Assembly: GCA_016212705.1 (NCBI GenBank)
Contig: JACREU010000006.1
Location: forward strand, 25,030 to 89,029
Direction: 5' to 3'
Length of the DNA: 64,000 nt
DNA from: Deltaproteobacteria bacterium
GTDB lineage: Bacteria > Desulfobacterota > GWC2-55-46
The notes below the pieces were generated by a model. It ran no database searches. It saw only the letters and a program-made list of their open reading frames with translations, and had not been told where the DNA came from. Position numbers and translations under genes: made by a program. Shown piece after piece: positions 35,413 to 44,294 of this stretch (the first letter of the stretch is position 1; each line of letters opens with the position of its first letter).

Positions 35413-36195
35413 ATGGCATATCAGATAAAGCTCGACATATTCGAGGGGCCTTTAGACCTCCTCCTCCACCTCATAAAGAAGAGCGAGGTGGATATATACG
35501 ACATCCCCATCTTCTCCATCACCGAGCAGTATCTCGAATACATCGAGATCATGAAGGAGATGAACCTCGACGTCGCCGGAGAGTTCCTCATCATGGCCGC
35601 GACGCTCGTCCACATAAAGAGCAAGATGCTCCTGCCGGTCAACGAGGAGGCCGAAGAGGCCGAAGAAGACGGGGGAGACCCGAGGGAAGAGCTCATCCGG
35701 AGGCTCCTTGAGTACCAGAGGTACAAGGAGGCGGCAAAGGAACTCGGCGAGAGGCCTCTTCTCGGCAGGGACGTCTTCAAGAGGGGGGGGGATGAGCCGC
35801 TTGACGAGCTCGAAGTGGGAGCCGGGTTCATGAGCGTCTCCGTCTTCGAGCTGATGGAGGTCCTGAAAGGCATACTCGCCAGGGCCCCGAAGGAAAGGCG
35901 TATTGAGCTCACCTCCGAGCGTTTCAAGATAGCGGACAAGATAAATTACGTGATGGAGATAGTCGGCAGGGACAAGAGCGCGGCCTTTACGTCGCTCTTC
36001 CCGGACGAGGCCACGCGCGGAGAGATAGTCGTCACCTTCCTCGCGATACTCGAGCTCGCCAAGCTCCTCATGATAAGGATACACCAGACCGAGGACGGGG
36101 TGATACGCGTCTACCAGCCGCCCCCGGCGCCGGAATCGGTGGAGGTCCCCGCTGAAGTTGCTCTCGAAGAAGTCCAAACCAATAAAGAGGGATGA
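35413..36195 (+). CDS. scpA: segregation and condensation protein A
   Basis: LDIFEGPLDLLLHLIKKSEVDIYDIPI N-terminus typical of the ScpA kleisin. Confidence 0.9.
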   Translation: MAYQIKLDIFEGPLDLLLHLIKKSEVDIYDIPIFSITEQYLEYIEIMKEMNLDVAGEFLIMAATLVHIKSKMLLPVNEEAEEAEEDGGDPREELIRRLLEYQRYKEAAKELGERPLLGRDVFKRGGDEPLDELEVGAGFMSVSVFELMEVLKGILARAPKERRIELTSERFKIADKINYVMEIVGRDKSAAFTSLFPDEATRGEIVVTFLAILELAKLLMIRIHQTEDGVIRVYQPPPAPESVEVPAEVALEEVQTNKEG

Positions 36196-36201
36196 CCCCG
36201 T

Positions 36202-36999
36202 ATGCTCGACAAGATCAGCCTTAAGCCCGTTATAGAGGCCGTGCTCTTCGCCGCCGACGCCCCGCTCTCCTTCGAGAAGATGGCCAACATACTCGAGGGC
36301 GAGGAAAGGGACGTTATAAGGGAGGCGTTAAAAGAACTCGTCGAGGACTACCGCGTCAGAAACGGCGGCTTCTTCATAGAGGAGGTCGCCGGAGGCTTCC
36401 AGTTCAGGACGAGCTCGGAGTTCGCGCCCTGGCTCCGGAGGCTCTTTAAGATAGGCCTTCAGAGGATAAGCAAGGCGGCGATGGAGTCGCTCGCGATAAT
36501 CGCCTATAAACAGCCCGTAACGAGGGCCGAGCTCGAATCCGTCAGGGGCGTGGACTCCGGCGGCGTGCTCGCTACCCTCATGGATAAACGCTTCATAAAG
36601 ATAGTCGGCAGGAAAGAGGTCCCGGGCCGCCCCGTCGTATACGGCACTACGAAAGAGTTCCTCGAGACGTTCGACCTTAAGGACCTGTCGTGCCTGCCGA
36701 GCCTGAAGGACATACAGAAGATGGAGGAAGAAAATGGTCACGAGGAAGAAGACAGCAGAGCGTCCGAGGACGGAGAGGCCGAAGGGACGGTCAGCGAAGA
36801 CAGCCCCGCCCCAGAGGAGGGCGCGGACCAGGCCGAGGCCGAAGGCTCCCTTGATAGCGCCCCCGACGGGGATGGAGAGGCTCCAGAAGATAATGGCGAG
36901 GGCCGGGGTGGCATCCAGGAGGAAGGCCGAGGAGCTGATAACCCAGGGCCGGGTGGTGGTGAACGGCGAGGTGGTGAAGGAGCTGGGGGCCAGGGCTGA
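36202..36999 (+). CDS. scpB: segregation and condensation protein B with long acidic C-terminal tail
   Basis: IEAVLFAADAPLS...; winged-helix core of ~190 aa, then an Asp/Glu/Gly-rich tail. The 3-prime end overlaps the rluB reading frame. Confidence 0.85.
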   Translation: MLDKISLKPVIEAVLFAADAPLSFEKMANILEGEERDVIREALKELVEDYRVRNGGFFIEEVAGGFQFRTSSEFAPWLRRLFKIGLQRISKAAMESLAIIAYKQPVTRAELESVRGVDSGGVLATLMDKRFIKIVGRKEVPGRPVVYGTTKEFLETFDLKDLSCLPSLKDIQKMEEENGHEEEDSRASEDGEAEGTVSEDSPAPEEGADQAEAEGSLDSAPDGDGEAPEDNGEGRGGIQEEGRGADNPGPGGGERRGGEGAGGQG

Positions 37000-37582
37000 C
37001 TTCGCGAAGGACAGGATCGAGGTGGACGGCAGGAACATCTCGATCAAGGGTCCTACCGTATATTATCTGCTTAACAAGCCGAAAAACTGCATAAGCTCAG
37101 TCACCGACCCGCTCAAGAGACAGGTCGTCGTCGACCTTATAAAGACAAAGACCCGCATATTCCCGGTGGGCAGGCTCGACTATGACGCCGAGGGCGTCAT
37201 CATCCTCACCAACGACGGAGAGCTCACCAACAAGCTCATCCACCCGAACTTCTCCGTCCCCAAGAAGTACCTCGTAAAGGTGAAGGACGTGCCGACGCCC
37301 GCCGAGGTCGAGAGGCTCGAAAAGGGGGTCTACCTCGAGGACGGAAAGACCCTTCCGGCAAAGGCTCGCCTCATAAGGGAGACGAAGGAAAACTCCTGGA
37401 TAGAACTTACCGTGACCGAGGGGAGGAACAGGCTCGTCAAGAGGATGTGCCTGGCCATAGGCCACCCCGTCGCAAAGCTTAAAAGGGTCGAGTTCGCCGG
37501 CATAAAGCTCGGGTCTTTGAAGCCGGGGGAGTACCGCCTCCTCACCGTCAAAGAAGTCGAGAAGCTCATCCACCTCTCATAA
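36872..37582 (+). CDS. rluB: 23S rRNA pseudouridine synthase, RluB/RsuA family
   Basis: Start at MERLQKIMARAGVASRRKAEELI (S4 domain); catalytic GRLDYDAEG. The ORF remains open upstream to 36734 (Arg/Pro-rich extension), so the start is uncertain. Confidence 0.85.
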   Translation: MERLQKIMARAGVASRRKAEELITQGRVVVNGEVVKELGARADFAKDRIEVDGRNISIKGPTVYYLLNKPKNCISSVTDPLKRQVVVDLIKTKTRIFPVGRLDYDAEGVIILTNDGELTNKLIHPNFSVPKKYLVKVKDVPTPAEVERLEKGVYLEDGKTLPAKARLIRETKENSWIELTVTEGRNRLVKRMCLAIGHPVAKLKRVEFAGIKLGSLKPGEYRLLTVKEVEKLIHLS

Positions 37583-37588
37583 CCCGAT

Positions 37589-38353
37589 ATGGAGACGAAA
37601 AGGGAGAGATACGGGGTCTTAGAATACTACGAGGCCCTCATTAGGGCCTTCGGCCCCCAGGGCTGGTGGCCCGGCGAGACCCCGATCGAAGTCGCCGTGG
37701 GCGCGATCCTCACGCAGAACACGGCCTGGACAAACGTGGAAAAGGCGATAGAGAACCTCAAGCGCGCGGGGGCCATCTCATATAACGCGCTCCACAGGCT
37801 CCCGGAAGAGGACCTCGCGGCGCTCATCCGCCCGGCCGGATACTTCAACGTCAAGGCGAAACGCCTTAAGTCCTTCCTGAACCACGTCTTCCTTTGCCAC
37901 GGCAATCTGAAAAAATTTTTGAGTTTGCCACAAGGGGAGCTTAGAACGGAACTCCTGTCAGTAAACGGCATCGGCCCGGAGACCGCGGACTCCATCTCCC
38001 TATACGCCGCCGGATACGGCGAGTTCGTCGTAGACGCCTATACCCGCCGGATATTCGCGCGCCACGGGTTTTTCGGTACAGATGCCTCATACGATGAGAT
38101 GAAGGCGCTCTTTACCGAGGGCCTCCCTGAGGACAAAACCATCTTTAACGAGTACCACGCGCTCATCGTTAAGACCGGCAAGGACTTCTGCAAGACGCGG
38201 GAGCCGCTCTGCAAGACATGCCCGCTCGGGCCGTTCCTTGATAAAAAGGCGCGCCCGCATGCGCGCGAGACAGACAACGCACCCCATGCACCCCATGCAC
38301 CCCATGCACCCCATGCCGCCCCATGCCGCCCATGCACCCCATGCCAAAGATAA
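37589..38353 (+). CDS. endonuclease III-like HhH-GPD domain protein
   Basis: GWWPGETPIEVAVGAILTQNTAW, helix-hairpin-helix LSVNGIGPETADSI, C-x6-C-x2-C motif. The last ~25 codons are encoded by the 9-bp tandem repeat. Confidence 0.82.
   Translation: METKRERYGVLEYYEALIRAFGPQGWWPGETPIEVAVGAILTQNTAWTNVEKAIENLKRAGAISYNALHRLPEEDLAALIRPAGYFNVKAKRLKSFLNHVFLCHGNLKKFLSLPQGELRTELLSVNGIGPETADSISLYAAGYGEFVVDAYTRRIFARHGFFGTDASYDEMKALFTEGLPEDKTIFNEYHALIVKTGKDFCKTREPLCKTCPLGPFLDKKARPHARETDNAPHAPHAPHAPHAAPCRPCTPCQR
38279..38342 (+). repeat. tandem repeat, 7 units of 9-10 bp (GCACCCCAT x4, GCCGCCCCAT, GCCGCCCAT, GCACCCCAT)
   Basis: Read directly from the sequence. Every unit carries an ATG. The array spans the 3-prime end of the nth-like gene and the 5-prime end of mutL. 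Confidence 0.95.
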
Positions 38354-40104
38354 ACGTACTCGATAGCCTCCTTGCCTCCAAGATCGCCGCAGGCGAGGTG
38401 ATCGACAGGCCCTCATCCGTCGTCAAGGAGCTTATGGAGAACTCCATCGACGCGGGGGCCTCATCCATCGGCGTCTACCTCGCCGAGGGCGGCAAGCGCG
38501 TCATAAAGGTAACGGACAACGGAGAGGGCATCTCAAGGGAGGACGCGCCTCTCGCGTTCCTGCGCCACGCGACCTCTAAAATTTCGAAGGAAGAAGACCT
38601 GGACGCCGTGCTGACGATGGGCTTCAGGGGCGAAGCGCTCGCCTCCGTCGCCTCTATCTCTCGCGTGACGCTTAAAACCAGGCGGCGCATGGAAACGGAA
38701 GGTACGCTCGTATCAATCGAGGGCGGCGCCCCGCCGCTCGTTTCGGGCGACGGTTGTCCGGAAGGGACTTTGATAGAGGTAAAAGACCTCTTCTTTAACA
38801 CCCCGGCGCGTCTTAAGTTCCTCCGCTCGTCGGACTCCGAGTACGGCCGCGCCCTCGAAATATTCAAGAGGCTCGCACTCATAAACCCGAAGACGCGTTT
38901 TAAGATCCAGCACGGGTCAGGCAGACCCGTTGAGACCTCGCCCGGCGCGCTAAAAGACCGCATCTTCGACCTCTTCGGGATCGCGGAAAAGGATATAATA
39001 CAGGTGAACGCGCCCTTTGTGGAGGGCTACATCGGGGCCCTCGGGGACGGGTACCCGACGTCCAAATGGCTCTTCATTTATGTCAACGAGAGGGTCGTCA
39101 GGGATAAGTCGATAAACAGGGCGGTCATGGACGGCTACGGGCAGATGCTCCCCTCGGGGCGCTTTCCCTTTGCAATAATCGACGTGAAGATACCGCCTGA
39201 GGACGTCGACATAAACATACACCCGACAAAGAGCGAGGTGCGCTTCAGGAACCAGTCTTTTGTATACGACGCGGTTAAGCTCGCGGTCAGGGGGGCGATA
39301 GGCTCTCTGTCAGCCCCCGGGCGGCAGACGGCAGTCCAGACACCATCCGGCTACGGATACAACCGCCCGTTTTCACGGTTATCCGGGCCTCAGTTTGCTG
39401 AGGAGTCTGCGTCAACGGGCTACTCGCCGGGCTTTTCCGAACCCCTGCCCCCTCCCCTCCCTTTTTTAAGGGATGAAGGAGACGGCGTCAAAAACCCCGA
39501 GTTCCTCGGGCTCGAAATAGTAGGCCAGCTCTGGGGGGAGTTCCTGATAGCGGAGTCGCACTCGTCCGGCGGCGAGTACTATGTCATAGACCAGCACGGG
39601 GCCGCTGAGCGTGCGGCCTTTGAAAGGCTCAAAAAGAGGTTCTACGGGGAAGGGATAAGGAGACAGCTCCTCCTCATCCCCGAGCGCATTGAGACGACAC
39701 CGGATGAAAAAGACGCCATACTCGCCTCTGTCGGGTATCTTGACAGGATGGGTTTTGAGATAATCCCCTTTGGCCCGTCATTGAAGGGCGGGGGGGAGAG
39801 CTTCCTCATAAAATCGGTGCCGGAGGTCCTTAAGTCCGGAAGGTGCGATAAACTAATAGGCGAGTTGTCCGAGGAGCTCTCAAACGTCGGAGGGTCCCTT
39901 AAGATCGAGGACAAGTTAGAAGGGGCGCTCATGAGGATAGCCTGTCACAGCGTTATCCGCGGGCCGAGACAGCTTACAAAAGAAGAGGGCGCGGCGCTTT
40001 TAAAGGAACTCGCCCGGATAGACTTCGCCTCCCACTGCCCCCACGGGAGGCCGGTGGTAAAAAAATATTCGAGGAAAGATATAGAATCCGCGTTCAAGAG
40101 GTAG
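38341..40104 (+). CDS. mutL: DNA mismatch repair protein MutL
   Basis: MPKINVLDSLLASKIAAGEVIDRPSSVVKELMENSIDAG (GHKL ATPase N-terminus). In-frame ATGs also occur at 38323 and 38332 inside the repeat. Confidence 0.92.
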   Translation: MPKINVLDSLLASKIAAGEVIDRPSSVVKELMENSIDAGASSIGVYLAEGGKRVIKVTDNGEGISREDAPLAFLRHATSKISKEEDLDAVLTMGFRGEALASVASISRVTLKTRRRMETEGTLVSIEGGAPPLVSGDGCPEGTLIEVKDLFFNTPARLKFLRSSDSEYGRALEIFKRLALINPKTRFKIQHGSGRPVETSPGALKDRIFDLFGIAEKDIIQVNAPFVEGYIGALGDGYPTSKWLFIYVNERVVRDKSINRAVMDGYGQMLPSGRFPFAIIDVKIPPEDVDINIHPTKSEVRFRNQSFVYDAVKLAVRGAIGSLSAPGRQTAVQTPSGYGYNRPFSRLSGPQFAEESASTGYSPGFSEPLPPPLPFLRDEGDGVKNPEFLGLEIVGQLWGEFLIAESHSSGGEYYVIDQHGAAERAAFERLKKRFYGEGIRRQLLLIPERIETTPDEKDAILASVGYLDRMGFEIIPFGPSLKGGGESFLIKSVPEVLKSGRCDKLIGELSEELSNVGGSLKIEDKLEGALMRIACHSVIRGPRQLTKEEGAALLKELARIDFASHCPHGRPVVKKYSRKDIESAFKR

Positions 40105-40293
40105 GATGCCCTCCTCGTAGCCCTCAACCGCAAGGAAGGGCCCGCGTCTGCGTATCAAGGGGCCCCGGCATGTCGATAATTACCCGTCAGGTTCAATTGC
40201 CCGCCATAGCTTACGCCCCTGACCCTAAGGGCCGCTTGAGCCGACCCCTTCTTCCGTATTCATAATAGGCGCGCTTAATGTTAAAATAGCCGG

Positions 40294-41199
40294 ATGGAGA
40301 AGGAGCGGATAGTCATAATAGCCGGGCCTACGGCGTCCGGCAAGAGCGCGCTCGCAATCGACCTCGCGCTTGAGTTCAACGGAGAAATAATAAGCGCGGA
40401 CTCCATGCAGGTATTCAAACGCATGGATATAGGCACCGCAAAACCCTCCCGGGAGGATATGCGGAGGGTCCCGCACCACCTTATCGACATAGTTGAGCCG
40501 AACGAGGGATACACCGTAGCGCGGTTTCGAGGCGACGCGATAACAGCCATAACCGGCATAAGGTCAAGGGGGAGGAACCCCGTTGTCATTGGCGGCACGG
40601 GCCTCTACATAAAGGCGCTCGCGCAGGGGCTCTTCCCAGGGCCCAAGGCAGACCCTGATTTAAGGAAAACTCTTGGAAAAGAGTCCATTGACGCGCTCTA
40701 CGAGAGGCTTAAGCAAATAGACCCGGAGGCCGCCGCTTCCATTCACCCCAACAACCGCGTAAGGGTTATACGGGCGATCGAGGTCTACGTACTTACCGGC
40801 ACTCCGGTCTCAACCTTCCGGAAAGTACACGGCTTCAGGGACGAATTGTTCGAGTGCCTTAAGATCGGCCTCGATTGCCCGAGAGAGGCCCTCTACAAGC
40901 GTATCGACGAACGGGTGGATAAGATGATCGAGGCCGGGCTTCCGGAGGAGACCAAGCGCCTTTTTGACGCCGGTTTCGGTTGGGACTTGAAGCCGATGCT
41001 CGGTTTGGGTTATAAAGAGATGGCCATGTTTTTAAGGGGCGAATGCGCCCTTCCAGAGGCGGTCGCACTCCTTAAGAGGAACACGCGCCGTTACGCAAAG
41101 AGGCAGTTGACCTGGTTTAAGGGCGACCCGGAGATAAAATGGTTCCCACCGGAAGAAAAAGAAGGCATATTCGAGGCTGTAAAGGGGCACTTGCGGTGA
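40294..41199 (+). CDS. miaA: tRNA dimethylallyltransferase
   Basis: IAGPTASGKSALAIDLA..EIISADSMQVFKRMDIGTAKPS. Confidence 0.93.
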   Translation: MEKERIVIIAGPTASGKSALAIDLALEFNGEIISADSMQVFKRMDIGTAKPSREDMRRVPHHLIDIVEPNEGYTVARFRGDAITAITGIRSRGRNPVVIGGTGLYIKALAQGLFPGPKADPDLRKTLGKESIDALYERLKQIDPEAAASIHPNNRVRVIRAIEVYVLTGTPVSTFRKVHGFRDELFECLKIGLDCPREALYKRIDERVDKMIEAGLPEETKRLFDAGFGWDLKPMLGLGYKEMAMFLRGECALPEAVALLKRNTRRYAKRQLTWFKGDPEIKWFPPEEKEGIFEAVKGHLR

Positions 41200-41912
41200 A
41201 GGCTTTAATATTAGCGATATTATTCGTCGTCTCAACGGCCCTCCCGGCGTTCACGGGTGTAGCCGGCGCTACGATGGCTGTGAAGGCCGAGGGCGCGTCC
41301 AACCGCACGAACGACGCCACCGAGGAAAAAAGGCTCGCCATAGACAAAGCGCTTAAGAACGCCGTAACTGAAGCGCTCCACGCGGTCGTCAAGGCCGAGG
41401 GGCTCGAACTCGACAAGTCGCTCGCGGATAAGGAAATACTCTCAAGCCCGCGCTCCTATATACTGAATTACAAGGTCGTCTCCGAGGGCTGGGTCACCCA
41501 TATGGGCCCAACGCCCTCGATAGTGGAGAGCATCCCGGCGGAGCGGGACGCCGGGGGTGTCGAGCTCTACCATGTCTGGATAGAGGCGTCTGTCGACGAC
41601 GGGGCCATCCGGGCCTCGCTCGGCAAGGTCATGGCAGGCCCGGCGTTGTCGGATGTGTTCATAACGGTCCTCGACGTCACTGAATACCAGGCATTCTCGG
41701 CCCTCCTCGCGTCGCTTCGCCGCATCGCGCTCCTTAACGGCCTCACGTACGGGTCTTTTCAGAGGGGCAGGGTCACGCTAAAGGCGCGCTCTGCCGTTGG
41801 GCTTCCGGCGTTGTCCGAGCGCATTTCAAAGGAGGCCCCAGCGGGTTATCTCGTCCTCCCGAATGGGCCTTCCACAATACTCATAAAGGCGGAGACAAAG
41901 GCGGACCATTGA
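41196..41912 (+). CDS. secreted hypothetical protein
   Basis: GTG start overlaps the miaA stop (GTGA). Signal peptide VKALILAILFVVSTALPAFTGVAGA. The ORF model begins at 41139 inside miaA. Confidence 0.65.
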   Translation: MKALILAILFVVSTALPAFTGVAGATMAVKAEGASNRTNDATEEKRLAIDKALKNAVTEALHAVVKAEGLELDKSLADKEILSSPRSYILNYKVVSEGWVTHMGPTPSIVESIPAERDAGGVELYHVWIEASVDDGAIRASLGKVMAGPALSDVFITVLDVTEYQAFSALLASLRRIALLNGLTYGSFQRGRVTLKARSAVGLPALSERISKEAPAGYLVLPNGPSTILIKAETKADH

Positions 41913-41913
41913 C

Positions 41914-42477
41914 ATGAAAAAGACCTTCTTATCCATATTGTTGCTGATACTCGCATATGGTTGTTCGCCCTCCGTGAAGAGGACCCTCTCTCAGGGGTTC
42001 AGCGAATCAAGGCCGGCGGTCGTCGCGGTGATGCCGGTAGAGTGGGCTTTGCCCGGCGCAAAGGAAGACGCCGATATTGCGGCCCTCTTTAGAAAACTTA
42101 CCGCCGGAAAGCTCAAGTCGCTCAATTACGCGGCCCTGCCTTTGGAAGATGTCGACGCAAAGGGGACGGACTCAAACGCCGACGCCTTCCTCTACATCCA
42201 TATAAAGGACTGGGACAGGGACTCTTTCGCGGGCTACGTGTCGCTTCGGGTCGACGCGGCGTATGAGATGTACTCAAAGGACGGCGTCAGGCTCTGGTCA
42301 TCCGAGTATTCGACAAAGGAATCCGACTTAAGCCTCGATGAGAGGTCGAGGGAGTACGGGGTCTTCGGCGCCTACGAGCCGAGGATAGAGCGGCTCGTGG
42401 ATGCGCTCCTCTCAACGCTCCCGCCGGGCGAGGCGGCCAAGACGGCGGATAAGAAGTTCTTTCAGTGGTTGCCATGA
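41914..42477 (+). CDS. lipoprotein, possibly DUF799/GNA1162-like
   Basis: Lipobox LAYGC. The family assignment rests only on general resemblance (AVMPV...; IHIKDWD...) and is tentative. Confidence 0.65.
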   Translation: MKKTFLSILLLILAYGCSPSVKRTLSQGFSESRPAVVAVMPVEWALPGAKEDADIAALFRKLTAGKLKSLNYAALPLEDVDAKGTDSNADAFLYIHIKDWDRDSFAGYVSLRVDAAYEMYSKDGVRLWSSEYSTKESDLSLDERSREYGVFGAYEPRIERLVDALLSTLPPGEAAKTADKKFFQWLP

Positions 42478-42488
42478 TAAAAAGCTGC

Positions 42489-42619
42489 TTCTAAAAATTA
42501 GATATTTTTTCTAAGGTCAAGGAAGGGTAAAAATAAAAGGCGCGGCATATATGTAAATATGTGAGCATTTTTATTTACGCCCTGACACAGAGATTAGGAA
42601 AAATAGCGATTTTTACAGG
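42489..42619 (-). repeat. ~130-bp AT-rich imperfect-palindromic intergenic element, copy 2 (inverted relative to copy 1)
   Basis: The reverse complement aligns end to end with 3186-3315, including AATAAAAATGCTCACATAT and CCCTTCCTTGACCT blocks and the TAATTTTTAGA terminus. Confidence 0.8.
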
Positions 42620-42626
42620 AACAATC

Positions 42627-43145
42627 GTGAACGTCCCCAACGCGCTCACCATATTCAGGATCATCCTCGTACCGGTATTCCTGTACTTCGCAATAACCGA
42701 CCGCCTCCTGGCCGCTGTCGTTGTCTTCGCCGTTGCGGCGTTCTCCGACGCCGCCGACGGCTTCATCGCGCGCAGATTCGACCTCAAGACCGAGTTCGGC
42801 AGGAAGGCCGACCCTTTCGCCGACAAGCTCCTCATGGTGAGCGCCTATTCCGCGCTCTCGCTTAAGGGCCTCATTCCCTTCTGGCTGATGTTGCCGGTGG
42901 TCCTCCGCGACTTGAGCTTCTTCGTGCTTTTCCTGTATCTAAAGGGGACCGAGCGGACGATAAAGGTCAGGACCTCGTGGCCTGGAAAAGCGACGACGGT
43001 CCTCCAGGTGGCAAGCGTCCTCTACGCCCTGCTGATAGCGGGCGGGGACTGGTTCTTCCTTATCATAGCGGCGCTTACGCTTCTCTTTACCGTATATACC
43101 TGGGTGGATTATCTTGTGAGGGAGTCGAGGCTACAGAAAGAGTAG
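42627..43145 (+). CDS. pgsA: CDP-alcohol phosphatidyltransferase (PgsA-like)
   Basis: DGFIARRFDLKTEFGRKADPFADKL = D-G-x2-A-R-x8-G-x3-D-x3-D motif. Start moved to GTG 42627 (AGGA 7 nt upstream) because ATG 42561 lies inside the repeat element. Confidence 0.82.
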   Translation: MNVPNALTIFRIILVPVFLYFAITDRLLAAVVVFAVAAFSDAADGFIARRFDLKTEFGRKADPFADKLLMVSAYSALSLKGLIPFWLMLPVVLRDLSFFVLFLYLKGTERTIKVRTSWPGKATTVLQVASVLYALLIAGGDWFFLIIAALTLLFTVYTWVDYLVRESRLQKE

Positions 43146-43328
43146 CCGCCAAGCCTCATTACTTCCCATACCCGCCCTGGTCTGCTGTGTTCTGAAGCTT
43201 GGCAATATACAACTATGCGCGCAAGCGGGAATCCAGTTTAAAAACGACCTCTCAAAGAAAACCTTTTCACAAGACCGCCGGTTCCCCGCTTGAGGTACGC
43301 GGGGATGACAGTCACGGCCTAAAAACTG

Positions 43329-43365
43329 ACCCCGCCCCGCCCCCCCTTGTAAAAAGGGGAGGAGA
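43329..43365 (-). repeat. G-rich hairpin repeat family, copy C
   Basis: The reverse complement reads ATCTCCTCCCCTTTTTACAAGGGGGGGCGGGGCGGGGTC. Compare 60411-60450, ATCTCCTCCCCTTAACAAGGGGAGGCATGGGTGGGGTGG. Confidence 0.6.
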
Positions 43366-43400
43366 TAAACGGCTCCCATCTTTTTCAGAAATAAAAAAAA

Positions 43401-43427
43401 CGGGGCGGCTTTTGCCTCCCCGTTTTT
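43401..43427. terminator. bidirectional terminator between pgsA and the asrB-like gene
   Basis: AAAAAAAACGGGGCGGC-TTTT-GCCTCCCCGTTTTT (one mismatch in the stem). Confidence 0.6.
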
Positions 43428-43445
43428 ACTTTTATTATCAAAACG

Positions 43446-44294
43446 CTATAAGGCTTCAGGCAGGTCCTTTAAATCCGAGAGCCTGAATACCGGCCCATCC
43501 TGGCAGACATAACAGCCGTTTATCTGGCAATGTCCGCATTTGCCGACCCCGCACTTCATCCTCCGCTCAAGGGAGACGAAGACGTCTTCCGGCCGTATGA
43601 GCTTATCCCTTAAGGAGAGTATCACGAACCTGTACATGACAGGCGGGCCTATGACGACCGCTATGGTCCTGCCCTCGGCGACCTCGACCTTCGGTATGAG
43701 CGTCGTGACGACCCCGACGTTCCCCGTCCACTTGGTGTCCGGCTTGTCTATGGTAAGGAGGACTTCCAACCCCTTTCCGCGCCATTCGTCGAACTCCTCT
43801 GAAAAGAGCATTTCTTCAGGCGACTTCGACCCGTAGATGAGCGTCAATCTTCCGAACCCCTGCCTGTCCTTAAGGACCGCCTTTATAAGCGACCTCATCG
43901 GCACGACCCCTATGCCGCCGGCGATAAAGACGACGTCCTTTGACCTCATCTCGTCAACCGGGAATGACGTGCCGAAGGGCCCCCTCAACCAGACGAAGTC
44001 GCCCTTTTTGAGCCTGTGGAGGGCGTTGGTAACGTTCCCCGCGGCCCTTACGCAGAGCTCGAACTCCTTTGCCTCTCCGGGGCCGGATGTGATGGAAATA
44101 GGCGCTTCGCCATAACCCGGCAACCCCACCATGTAGAACTGTCCGGGCCCGTACTCAAGGAGCGACGGGTTCAAGGGGGCTATTGAGAAGAGCCTCTCCT
44201 TCTCCGTCACCCTTGTGACCCGCTCTATTACCCCCGGTATCGGGAGGTACGGCGACTCAAGCCCTTCTTTTGTTTGATTCACGGATAAGCTCAT
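43446..44294 (-). CDS. FAD/NAD(P)-binding oxidoreductase with C-terminal [2Fe-2S] site (AsrB / hydrogenase-gamma-like)
   Basis: Ferredoxin-reductase-like fold motifs (RLFSIA, GGIGVVP). C-terminal CGVGKCGHCQINGCYVCQDG. Confidence 0.82.
   Translation of the reverse strand: MSLSVNQTKEGLESPYLPIPGVIERVTRVTEKERLFSIAPLNPSLLEYGPGQFYMVGLPGYGEAPISITSGPGEAKEFELCVRAAGNVTNALHRLKKGDFVWLRGPFGTSFPVDEMRSKDVVFIAGGIGVVPMRSLIKAVLKDRQGFGRLTLIYGSKSPEEMLFSEEFDEWRGKGLEVLLTIDKPDTKWTGNVGVVTTLIPKVEVAEGRTIAVVIGPPVMYRFVILSLRDKLIRPEDVFVSLERRMKCGVGKCGHCQINGCYVCQDGPVFRLSDLKDLPEAL

Noticed and set aside
38038-38468. Three overlapping minus-strand ORFs containing WGAWGAWGA or GCMGCMGCMG repeats.
   Set aside because: They are reverse-strand translations of the 9-bp tandem repeat and of the nth-like and mutL coding sequence, not genes.
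43199-43486. A 95-aa plus-strand ORF in the pgsA/asrB intergenic region. Also ORFs 29745..29975 and 30079..30285 in the long non-coding gap.
   Set aside because: They span repeats and terminator hairpins, have no start context, and their composition is not protein-like.
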